Source of the DNA: Macrostomum hystrix
Taxonomy: Eukaryota > Animalia > Platyhelminthes
Direction: 5' to 3'
Assembly (NCBI GenBank): GCA_950097015.1
Contig: CATNEN010000003.1
Span: 1,674,001 to 1,738,000, forward strand
Length of the DNA stretch: 64,000 nucleotides
A program made the position numbers and the translations under genes. This document shows, one piece after another, positions 1 through 13,100 of this stretch. Position 1 is the stretch's first letter, and each line of letters opens with the position of its first letter. Below the pieces are notes generated by a model. It saw nothing but the letters and a program-made list of their open reading frames with translations, was not told the DNA's origin and made no database searches.

Positions 1-36
1 ACTGCCTTGCGAACTCTTTTAACCTCTCAAATGATG

Positions 37-1130
37 CAGAATCGTCTCAAATGATCTAGAATCGTCTCAAATGATCTAGAATCATCTCAAATGATCTAGA
101 ATCGTCTCAAATGATCTAGAATCGTCTCAAATGATCTAGAATCGTCTCAAATGATCTAGAATCGTCTCAAATGATCTAGAATCGTCTCAAATGATCTAGA
201 ATCGTCTCAAATGATCTAGAATCGTCTCAAATGATCTAGAATCGTCTCAATTGATCTAGAATCGTCTCAATTGGTATAGAATCGTCTCAATTGGTATAGA
301 ATCGTCTTAAATGATCTAGAATCGTCTCAATTGATCTATAATCGTCTCAACTGTTCTAGAATCGTCTCAAGTGAGAGATCGTAAGGGAGAGATGAGTCGG
401 GTGAAAGGTGAGACAGGGGAGAGATGAGACAGGTAAAAGGTGAGACAGGGAATAGATATGGATCAGACAGGTGAAAGATAAGACAGGGAGAGATAAAAAG
501 GGGCAAAGAAGACACCAGAAAATACAAGATCCTAGAGGTAGGATTTGGAAAGATAAGATGTAGGCGGAGTTGTCTCGAGGGAGCCAAAGGCGAAGGCATT
601 CAGGAGCTAGGTAGTTCTTATATGGCACACCAGAGTCTGCTAATCTCACTGCTCAAATCACGTGACCAGGGCGCTGAAAATGTTCACGTCCTGTTGCACC
701 CTGTGGACCTCACGCCTGGCTGCTTCTCTATGGCTCGGGATTTTTGGGGCGTCCTCCGCGCCTGTCTGGTTGCTAGGAAACGAGTCTACGAGACCTGCTT
801 CAATGGCTACTGCGGCAAAAGGAGCGAGGTTGACAAGCGGCCCTGCTACTGCTGTATGCGGCCTCAGGTGACTCAGGACTAAGATGTTGAATTTTCTCAA
901 TTGATGTAGAATCGTCTTATATGATGTAGAATCGTCCCAACTGATGTAGAATCGTCTCAAATGATCTAGAATCGTCTCAAATGATCTAGAATCGTCTCAA
1001 ATTATTTCGAATAGTCTCAATTGATCTAGAAATTTCTCAAACTATCTAGAGCTGTCTCAAATGATTTCGAATCGTCTCAATTGAGCTACGAGCATAGAAT
1101 CGACTCAATTGAGCTAGAATCGTCTCAAAG
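37..1130. repeat. 20-bp minisatellite (AATCGTCTCAAATGATCTAG) in two blocks (~37-370 and ~885-1130) flanking a PLD exon
   Basis: Directly visible tandem units; same unit and same orientation in both introns. Confidence 0.9.
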
Positions 1131-4100
1131 AAGTGCTTTTTAACATTTAAAATAGAGATAACTCACGATTCCAAAAACTTTCCACTGCACAGAAGCGTGG
1201 AAGCCAGTCGCGTACCGAACGTTTGTACTTTTGTCACAACGAGAAACTGGTGGTGATCGACCAAAAAGTTGCCCTGATATCAGCGGTCGACCTGACTTGG
1301 GGTGTCTGGGACACGAGCTATCACGTGTACGTTTTTCAGTTTTTTAAATAACATATTTAATATGTTTTAGATAAGGTGTGTGACCTTCAATAATAATTTG
1401 TGACACTTCATTTGGTGACACTAGACCCGCAGCCAGCGAGGAGGCAGTTCTACCCATTTCGCTGACTCCTGAGCACACACGCGCACAGATACTGTACGCA
1501 GGCATGCGCTAACACAGGTGTGTACATCTGTCCTGACTTTCTCATCGTCAGGCAGTGTACATTTCACTGTGCCTCGGAGGTTGGCCCACAAGGGCGTAAA
1601 TTGCACGACAAGCCACGAGCCCAAATGAATGTGGCCTCGCCGTGGAATCGAACTTAGGGACCTTGGTGCGAGAGGCAAACGCGATAACCGCTCTGCCACT
1701 CACCCCCCCCAGCGCGCGACCTTCACCTTTTTAACCAATCGGAGGGCAGTTAGAGGGAGAAAAAGGAGGATGGCTGTGGTTAATGGCACACTATTTGCTG
1801 ATTTTCGACCTGTCAATGTCCCAAAGAATCCTTAATTTAGTTGAGCATATTCATTTTATTATTTTAAAAAACTATAATGCAGCGTCAACGACATGCCGTC
1901 GGCACTGCAACACGAGTCCGCCGATGGTCGCGTTAAACGACTCGACGTTCGCTCGCAGGACACGGTCACAAATTTCTGGTCCAATAATCACTACCAATGC
2001 GAAATGCTTCATCCCGAGCTTATGATGCCAAGCTCAGATCCATTGTTGCAATCGAATGACTCTGAACTGCAGGAATTAGCGTTAATCAGTGGTACTAATA
2101 CTGCCAGTGATTCGCTGTGAGTCATATTGCTCAAAAGTAATGGGTGGCGTTCTAGTGACAAGAATGACAGTATTTTAATATATTTTAATAGCGCTAAAAC
2201 CAGTTTAAACGTCAAAGTTGCGCTCTACACATTAGTTGTCCCTGAGTAGAAAAAAAAAATTTGCGACTCTAAAATTATGCTAATAAATAATTAATAATTA
2301 TAAACAATTAATAATAGGTAAAACGAGACAAGAATAAATTTGTTATACTTTTAAGTTCAAAAAGATCTAAAAGTTCTAAAATGTATTAAAATGCTATTTA
2401 ACGGTTAACCTATTCTAGTCACTATAATGCACCCAACATCACTTGAAGTATTGACAGTAAAAATACTGAAAAATAATTTTTCCCTGGAACAATAAAATAC
2501 AGCAATCGAGACAGAGCAGTCTACCTTCAGGGTCATCTCAGCGGTCTCAAACGCCCGCCAGACAGTCTGGGCTGTAACAGCGACTACGACCGATTCACAG
2601 CGAAGGCATCCACCCGCATGACAAAGCCTCTGTCGCCATTCTTGGACGTCAACGATCCAAACTTGGATACCAGATACCTGGAGGTGACCAGACTCTTAGA
2701 TGAACGATTTAGACAAACAACAAAATCGCCCATGGTACAGGAGGTATATGAATAACTGCTCATTGGGCTGTGTTACGTCTGATACGTCTTATGTATATTA
2801 TCTATCTCCGTGTCTCATCTCTTCCGTGCCTCATCTCTTCCGTGTCTCATCTCTCCCGTGCCTCATCTCTTCCGTGTCTCATCTCTCCCGTGTCTCATCT
2901 CTCTCGTGTCTCATCTCTCCCGTGCCTCATCTCTCACGTGTCTTATCTCCTTAGTGTCTCATCTCTCCCGTGCCTCATCTCTCCCGTGTCTCGTCTCTCC
3001 CGTGTCTCCTCTCTCCCGTGTCTCATCTCCTCAGTGTCTCATCTCTCCCGTGCCTCATCTCTCCCGTGTCTCGTCTCTTCCGTGCCTCATCTCTTCCGTG
3101 CCTCATCTCTCCCGTGTCTCATCTCTCCCATGTTTCATCTCTCCCGTGTCTCATCTCTCCCGTGTCTCATCTTTTCTGTGTCTCATCTCTCACATGTCTC
3201 ATCTCTCCCGTGTCTTATCTCTTCTGTGTCTCATCTCTCCCGTGTCTCATCTCTCCCGTGTCTCATCTCTCCCGTGTCTCATCTCTCCCGTGTCTCATCT
3301 CTCCCGTGTCTCATCTCTCCCGTGTCTCATCTCTCCCGTGTCTCATCTCTCCCGTGTCTCATCTCTCCCGTGCCTCATCTCTCCCGTGTCTCATCTCTCC
3401 CGTGTCTCATCTCTCCCGTGCCTCATCTCTCCCGTGTCTCATCTCTCCCGTGTCTCATCTCTCCCGTGTCTCATCTCTCCCGTGTCTCATCTCTCCCGTG
3501 TCTCATCTCTCACGTGTCTCATCTCTCCCGTGTCTCATCTCTCCCGTGTCTCATCTCTCCCGTGTCTCATCTCTCACGTGTCTCATCTCTCCCGTGTCTC
3601 ATCTCTCCCGTGTCTCATCTCTCCCGTGCCTCATCTCTCCCGTGTCTCATCTCTCCCGTGTCTCATCTCTCCCGTGTCTCATCTCTCCCGTGTCTCATCT
3701 CCCCAGTGTCTCATCTCTTCCGTGTCTCATCAGTCCACTGTCCAATCTACCCCCTGTCTCATAAACCCCCTGAACTGTCTCTTTTACCCGTGTTTTGTGT
3801 CCCCAGTGTCTGGCGAGTATCCTTCTTTTCCTCTTTCTCATTTCCTCCTGTCTGATCATTTGTTCTGATTCTAATCGCTCGCGAGCCTCATCTATGTCAA
3901 ATATTATATATCAAGTCGCTTTGGTACAGCTAGTAATTGTCACCATCATCATAAATCATGACAGAATCGGCACGTCCAAGTGCCAACTTTACGTGTGTTG
4001 TCTCGCCCTGACGCCATCGGACAATCTCTGAAAGAGCTGGCCCATGTCCAGCAACTGTTCGCTTGCGGCTTGGAAGGGCTGGACGATGGTTCTGGCTTGA

Positions 4101-7100
4101 AGGATAACGATTCTACTGGAGCCAAGTGCCTGAATATCCGCGATCTTACGGGCTCTCGAAAAGACAACGCGGCCAGCGACACGGCCTCAGGGGAGAAGGC
4201 CTGGCAGGCCCAGTTCGATCAGTTGCACTCTTTGGAAAACAAGAATCGTGTGCGAGGGATCAAAGTCAGCAGCGACTTTCCCAGCAAGCCGCTGATTGTC
4301 AAGAACTTTCCGACAGGTTGTTTGGCGAGCTTTGATTCTCTAATTTTCAGATCTTAACTGCGAGAGATGAGACTGGGAATCGCGAGAAATTTAACTAGAG
4401 ACACAAGCCAAAGATGAGATGAGAGATGAGACACGGGAGAGATGAGACACGGGAGAGATGAGACACGGGAGAGATGAGGCACGGGAGAGATGAGACACGG
4501 GAGAGATGAGACACGGGAGAGATGAGACACGGGAGAGATGAGACACGGGAGAGATGAGACACGTGAGAGATGAGACACGGGAGAGATGAGACACGGGAGA
4601 GATGAGACACGGGAGAGATGAGACACGGGAGAGATGCGACACGGGAGAGATGAGACACGGGAGAGATGAGACACGGGAGAGATGAGACACTGGGGAGATG
4701 AGACACGGGAGAGATGAGACACGGGAGAGATGAGACACGGGAGAGATAAGACACGTGAGAGATGAGACACTGGGGAGATGAGACACGGGAGAGATGAGAC
4801 ACGGGAGAGATGAGACACGGGAGAGATAAGACACGGAAGAGATGAGACACGGGAGAGATGAGACACGGGAGAGATGAAACATGGGAGAGATGAGACACGG
4901 GAGAGATGAGACACGGGAGAGATGAGACACGGGAGAGATGAGACACGTGAGAGATGAGACACGGGAGAGATGAGACACGGGAGAGATGAGACACGGGAGA
5001 GATGAGACACGGGAGAGATGAGACACGGGAGAGATGAGGCACGGGAGAGATGAGACACGGGAGAGATGAGACACGGGAGAGATGAGGCACGGGAGAGATG
5101 AGACACGGGAGAGATGAGACACGGGAGAGATGAGACACGGGAGAGATGAGACACGGGAGAGATGAGACACGGGAGAGATGAGACACGGGAGAGATGAGAC
5201 ACGGGAGAGATGAGACACGGGAGAGAATAGACACGTAGATAAGTATAGAGAATATACAATTAATAGCAGATTCAAAGCAGCCACAATTTTCTGTTCAGAT
5301 GTCTCAGCAGATTCCGACGATCCGCAGCCCAAGGCGCAGGCGGAAGACAATCAGAATGTTATGAGCTGGCGTGACCGTCTAGCAGCGACGATTGTCGAGG
5401 CGGAAAGCAACAACTATTCGTCATTGTCTGCGACGGAAGTTAGTCCCATTGCAGCCACGAACAATATGTCAAGTATGATTAACAATTCTAGCACTGATGC
5501 CGTCAATAGTGCTAATCGAGCTGATGGCTTATATTTTGACGACGTTGACGACGATTTCTCGGACGATGGCAATGACAAGGAAAGTTTTTCATCAAATACC
5601 ATTTATTCATTGGCCGGTGGTTTGAGAAGAAGCGACCAGGAAAGTGTCTGTGTGGCTGACTGTATGCGGCTTGGTGTACAGCCCAATCAGTCTCATGCTG
5701 TAAGTGCTGCCTCTTAAACACTTCCATGACTCCCCTGCAACCACTTCTGTGATTTAATGACCGATTTCCTAATCCATGACCACCAATTTATCCAAATGAC
5801 AAGTTTTATTATACAATCATAATATGACCCATTTTATGATCTAAATAATTCCTTCACTATCCATTTCCAATATTCTGATTTATACAACTGATCTTTATGA
5901 CCCCTTAAGACTAATGCTTTTAATGACCCTATAACCTTGGTTTATTATGCTATGACCTTACTCTGATAATCCTATGACCTACTCTAATGATCCAATGACC
6001 TACTCTAATGATCCTATGACCTACTCTAATGATCCAATAACCTACTCTAATAATCCTATGACCTACTCTGATAATCCTATGACCTACTCTGATAATCCTA
6101 TGACCTACTCTAATGATCTAATGACCTACTCTAATGATCCCATGACCTACTCTAATGATCCTATGACCTACTCTAATGATCCTATGACCTACTCTAATGA
6201 TCCTATGACCTACTCTAATGATCCTATGACCTACTCTAATGATCCTATGACCTACTCTAATGATCCTATGACCTACTCTAATGATCCTATGACCTACTCT
6301 AATGATCCTATGACCTACTCTAATGATCCTATGACCTACTCTAATGATCCAATGACCTACTCTAATGATCCTATGACCTACTCTAATGATCCTATGACCT
6401 ACTCTAATGATCTAATGACCTACTCTAATGATCCAATGACCTACTCTAATGATCCTATGACCTACTCTAATGATCTAATGACCTACTCTAATGATCCAAT
6501 GACCTACTCTAATGATCCTATGACCTAATTTCCAACCTGAAGGTCCAGTCGGACGACTCGGACAGTACCGACCCTGAGGAGGGTTCGTCCACTGCTCTGC
6601 TCAGGCTCAAACGCCGACTGGTGATCAGCCATGCCAGGGCTGGGGGCGCTGTATCGTCGTCTCGAAGAGCGATTGAAAACAAGTTGGATGAATGGCGTCA
6701 CAAACTGCTTCATGGCAAAGATTCTGAGAAAAATATCGATTTCTTTAATATGCTCGGAACTTCTCAACGCAACTCGACCAGGATTGAGAAAGATCAACAG
6801 ACTCAAGAGCAGCGGCAGCAGCGTTCTTGGCATTCCGGATTCGGCTTGGATTTCGAAGACCATCAGCAACAAATTGGCTCCACTTCACGGTCAATTCAGC
6901 TCGAGCGCGTGGAAGCTTCCGCGGCTAGCTTACCGAAACTGCGACGACACTACGCTGTGAAGGACGACGGTTCCAAGTTTACAACTAGGCTGTTCCCGGG
7001 CTTAGACTACTGGAATCCGCACATGATGCCACTGACACAGGTGAGATTTAAAAACTAATAACGATTGGTGTGTCCGTCTTTAATAGATCAAGGCGTCTCT

Positions 7101-10100
7101 AACGACTCAAACGCTTCTCTAACAACTCAAACGCTTCTCTAACTACTCAAACGCTTCTCTAACGACTCAAACGCTTCTCTAACGACTCAAACGCTTCTCT
7201 AACAACTCAAACGCTTCTCTAACGACTCAAACGCTTCTCTAACTACTCAAAGGCTTCTCTAACAACTCAAACGCTTCTCTAACGACTCAAACGCTTCTCT
7301 AACAACTCAAACGCTTCTCTAACTACTCAAACGCTTCTCTAACAACTCAAACGCTTCTCTAACGACTCAAACGCTTCTCTAACAACTCAAACGCTTCTCT
7401 AACGACTCAAAAGCTTCTCTAACAACTCAAACGCTTCTCTAACGACTCAAACGCTTCTCTAACTACTCAAACGCTTCTCTAACGACTCAAACGCTTCTCT
7501 AACGACTCAAACGCTTCTCTAACGACTCAAACGCTTCTCTAACAACTCAAACGCTTCTCTAACGACTCAAACGCTTCTCTAACTACTCAAACGCTTCTCT
7601 AACTACTCAAACGCTTCTCTAACGACTCAAACGCTTCTCTAACGACTCAAACGCTTCTCTAACAACTCAAACGCTTCTCTAACGACTCAAAGGCTTCTCT
7701 AACAACTCAAAGGCTTCTCTAACGACTCAAACGCTTCTCTAACGACTCAAGCGCTTCTCTAACAACTCAAAGGCTTCTCTAACGACTCAAACGCTTCTCT
7801 AACTACTCAAAGGCTTCTCTAACAACTCAAAGGCTTCTCTAACAACTCAAACGCTTCTCTAACGACTCAAACGCTTCTCTAACGACTCAAACGCTTCTCT
7901 AACGACTGAAACGCTTCTCTAACAACTCAAAGGCTTCTCTAACGACTCAAACGCTTCTCTAACAACTCAAAGGCTTCTCTAACGACTCAAACGCTTCTCT
8001 AACGACTCAAAGGCTTCTCTAACGACTCAAAGGCTTCTCTAACAACTCAAACGCTTCTCTAACAACTCAAAGGCTTCTCTAACGACTCAAACGCTTCTCT
8101 AACAACTCAAACGCTTCTCTAACTACTCAAAGGCTTCTCTAACAACTCAAAGGCTTCTCTAACGACTCAAACGCTTCTCTAACGGCTCAAACGCTTCTCT
8201 AACAACTCAAACGCTTCTCTAACTACTCAAACGCTTCTCTAACTACTCAAACGCTTCTCTAACAACTCAAAGGCTTCTCTAACGACTCAAACGCTTCTCT
8301 AACAACTCAAACGCTTCTCTAACGACTCAAACGCTTCTCTAACTACTCAAAGGCTTCTCTAACAACTCAAAGGCTTCTCTAACAACTCAAACGCTTCTCT
8401 AACAACTCAAACGCTTCTCTAACGACTCAAACGCTTCTCTAACAACTCAAAGGCTTCTCTAACGACTCAAACGCTTCTCTAACGACTCAAACGCTTCTCT
8501 AACGACTGAAACGCTTCTCTAACAACTCAAAGGCTTCTCTAACAACTCAAACGCTTCTCTAACAACTCAAAGGCTTCTCTAACAACTCAAACGCTTCTCT
8601 AACGACTCAAACGCTTCTCTAACAACTCAAACGCTTCTCTAACGACTCAAACGCTTCTCTAACAACTCAAACGCTTCTCTAACGACTCAAACGCTTCTCT
8701 AACGACTCAAACGCTTCTCTAACGACTCAAACGCTTCTCTAACTACTCAAACGCTTCTCTAACGACTCAAACGCTTCTCTAACGACTCAAACGCTTCTCT
8801 AACAACTCAAAGGCTTCTCTAACGACTCAAACGCTTCTCTAACGACTCAAACGCTTCTCTAACGACTCAAACGCTTCTCTAACGACTCAAACGCTTCTCT
8901 AACGACTCAAACGCTTCTCTAACGACTCAAACGCTTCTCTAACGACTCAAACGCTTCTCTAACGACTCAAACGCTTCTCTAACTACTCAAATGCTTCTCT
9001 AACAACTCAAACGCTTCTCTAACTACTCAAAGGCTTCTCTAACGACTCAAACGCTTCTCTAACAACTCAAACGCTTCTCTAACTACTCAAAGGCTTCTCT
9101 AACAACTCAAAGGCTTCTCTAACGACTCAAACGCTTCTCTAACAACTCAAAGGCTTCTCTAACGACTCAAACGCTTCTCTAACGACTCAAACGCTTCTCT
9201 AACAACTCAAACGCTTCTCTAACGACTCAAACGCTTCTCTAACAACTCAAAGGCTTCTCTAACGACTCAAACGCTTCTCTAACAACTCAAACGCTTCTCT
9301 AACGACTCAAACGCTTCTCTAACTACTCAAAGGCTTCTCTAACAACTCAAAGGCTTCTCTAACAACTCAAACGCTTCTCTAACAACTCAAACGCTTCTCT
9401 AACGACTCAAACGCTTCTCTAACAACTCAAAGGCTTCTCTAACGACTCAAACGCTTCTCTAACGACTCAAACGCTTCTCTAACGACTGAAACGCTTCTCT
9501 AACAACTCAAAGGCTTCTCTAACGACTCAAACGCTTCTCTAACAACTCAAAGGCTTCTCTAACGACTCAAACGCTTCTCTAACGACTCAAACGCTTCTCT
9601 AACAACTCAAAGGCTTCTCTAACGACTCAAACGCTTCTCTAACAACTCAAACGCTTCTCTAACGACTGAAACGCTTCTCTAACAACTCAAAGGCTTCTCT
9701 AACGACTCAAACGCTTCTCTAACAACTCAAAGGCTTCTCTAACAACTCAAACGCTTCTCTAACAACTCAAAGGCTTCTCTAACAACTCAAACGCTTCTCT
9801 AACGACTCAAACGCTTCTCTAACGACTCAAACGCTTCTCTAACAACTCAAACGCTTCTCTAACGACTCAAACGCTTCTCTAACGACTCAAACGCTTCTCT
9901 AACGACTCAAACGCTTCTCTAACTACTCAAACGCTTCTCTAACGACTCAAACGCTTCTCTAACGACTCAAACGCTTCTCTAACGACTCAAACGCTTCTCT
10001 AACGACTCAAACGCTTCTCTAACTACTCAAATGCTTCTCTAACAACTCAAACGCTTCTCTAACGACTCAAACGCTTCTCTAACGACTCAAACGCTTCTCT

Positions 10101-13100
10101 AACGACTCAAACGCTTCTCTAACTACTCAAACGCTTCTCTAACGACTCAAACGCTTCTCTAACGACTCAAACGCTTCTCTAACAACTCAAAGGCTTCTCT
10201 AACGACTCAAACGCTTCTCTAACGACTCAAACGCTTCTCTAACGACTCAAACGCTTCTCTAACGACTCAAACGCTTCTCTAACGACTCAAACGCTTCTCT
10301 AACGACTCAAACGCTTCTCTAACGACTCAAACGCTTCTCTAACGACTCAAACGCTTCTCTAACTACTCAAATGCTTCTCTAACAACTCAAACGCTTCTCT
10401 AACTACTCAAAGGCTTCTCTAACGACTCAAACGCTTCTCTAACGACTCAAACGCTTCTCTAACTACTCAAATGCTTCTCTAACGACTCAAAGGCTTCTCT
10501 AACGACTCAAACGCTTCTCTAACAACTCAAAGGCTTCTCTAACTACTCAAACGCTTCTCTAACAACTCAAAGGCTTCTCTAACGACTCAAACGCTTCTCT
10601 AACAACTCAAAGGCTTCTCTAACGACTCAAACGCTTCTCTAACGACTCAAACGCTTCTCTAACAACTCAAAGGCTTCTCTAACGACTCAAACGCTTCTCT
10701 AACGACTCAAACGCTTCTCTAACAACTCAAACGCTTCTCTAACTACTCAAAGGCTTCTCTAACAACTCAAAGGCTTCTCTAACGACTCAAACGCTTCTCT
10801 AACAACTCAAAGGCTTCTCTAACGACTCAAACGCTTCTCTAACGACTCAAACGCTTCTCTAACAACTCAAACGCTTCTCTAACGACTCAAACGCTTCTCT
10901 AACAACTCAAAGGCTTCTCTAACGACTCAAACGCTTCTCTAACAACTCAAACGCTTCTCTAACGACTCAAACGCTTCTCTAACTACTCAAAGGCTTCTCT
11001 AACAACTCAAAGGCTTCTCTAACAACTCAAACGCTTCTCTAACAACTCAAACGCTTCTCTAACGACTCAAACGCTTCTCTAACAACTCAAAGGCTTCTCT
11101 AACGACTCAAACGCTTCTCTAACGACTCAAACGCTTCTCTAACGACTGAAACGCTTCTCTAACAACTCAAAGGCTTCTCTAACGACTCAAACGCTTCTCT
11201 AACAACTCAAAGGCTTCTCTAACGACTCAAACGCTTCTCTAACGACTCAAACGCTTCTCTAACAACTCAAAGGCTTCTCTAACGACTCAAACGCTTCTCT
11301 AACGACTCAAACGCTTCTCTAACAACTCAAACGCTTCTCTAACTACTCAAAGGCTTCTCTAACAACTCAAAGGCTTCTCTAACGACTCAAACGCTTCTCT
11401 AACAACTCAAAGGCTTCTCTAACGACTCAAACGCTTCTCTAACAACTCAAAGGCTTCTCTAACAACTCAAACGCTTCTCTAACAACTCAAACGCTTCTCT
11501 AACGACTGAAACGCTTCTCTAACAACTCAAAGGCTTCTCTAACGACTCAAACGCTTCTCTAACAACTCAAAGGCTTCTCTAACAACTCAAACGCTTCTCT
11601 AACAACTCAAAGGCTTCTCTAACAACTCAAACGCTTCTCTAACGACTCAAACGCTTCTCTAACAACTCAAACGCTTCTCTAACGACTCAAACGCTTCTCT
11701 AACAACTCAAACGCTTCTCTAACGACTCAAACGCTTCTCTAACGACTCAAACGCTTCTCTAACGACTCAAACGCTTCTCTAACTACTCAAACGCTTCTCT
11801 AACGACTCAAACGCTTCTCTAACGACTCAAACGCTTCTCTAACAACTCAAAGGCTTCTCTAACGACTCAAACGCTTCTCTAACGACTCAAACGCTTCTCT
11901 AACGACTCAAACGCTTCTCTAACGACTCAAACGCTTCTCTAACGACTCAAACGCTTCTCTAACGACTCAAACGCTTCTCTAACGACTCAAACGCTTCTCT
12001 AACGACTGAAACGCTTCTCTAACAACTCAAAGGCTTCTCTAACGACTCAAACGCTTCTCTAACAACTCAAAGGCTTCTCTAACGACTCAAACGCTTCTCT
12101 AACGACTCAAACGCTTCTCTAACAACTCAAAGGCTTCTCTAACGACTCAAACGCTTCTCTAACAACTCAAACGCTTCTCTAACGACTCAAACGCTTCTCT
12201 AACGACTCAAACGCTTCTCTAACGACTCAAACGCTTCTCTAACTACTCAAACGCTTCTCTAACGACTCAAACGCTTCTCTAACGACTCAAACGCTTCTCT
12301 AACAACTCAAAGGCTTCTCTAACGACTCAAACGCTTCTCTAACGACTCAAACGCTTCTCTAACGACTCAAACGCTTCTCTAACGACTCAAACGCTTCTCT
12401 AACGACTCAAACGCTTCTCTAACGACTCAAACGCTTCTCTAACGACTCAAACGCTTCTCTAACGACTCAAACGCTTCTCTAACTACTCAAATGCTTCTCT
12501 AACAACTCAAACGCTTCTCTAACTACTCAAAGGCTTCTCTAACGACTCAAACGCTTCTCTAACGACTCAAACGCTTCTCTAACTACTCAAATGCTTCTCT
12601 AACGACTCAAAGGCTTCTCTAACGACTCAAACGCTTCTCTAACAACTCAAAGGCTTCTCTAACTACTCAAACGCTTCTCTAACAACTCAAAGGCTTCTCT
12701 AACGACTCAAACGCTTCTCTAACAACTCAAAGGCTTCTCTAACGACTCAAACGCTTCTCTAACGACTCAAACGCTTCTCTAACAACTCAAAGGCTTCTCT
12801 AACGACTCAAACGCTTCTCTAACGACTCAAACGCTTCTCTAACAACTCAAACGCTTCTCTAACTACTCAAAGGCTTCTCTAACAACTCAAAGGCTTCTCT
12901 AACGACTCAAACGCTTCTCTAACAACTCAAAGGCTTCTCTAACGACTCAAACGCTTCTCTAACGACTCAAACGCTTCTCTAACAACTCAAACGCTTCTCT
13001 AACGACTCAAACGCTTCTCTAACAACTCAAAGGCTTCTCTAACGACTCAAACGCTTCTCTAACAACTCAAACGCTTCTCTAACGACTCAAACGCTTCTCT

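Noticed and set aside
2770-5350. Long ORFs of VSHLSRVSSLPCLIS repeats on both strands
   Set aside because: Translations of a 16-bp minisatellite inside PLD introns; open in all frames.
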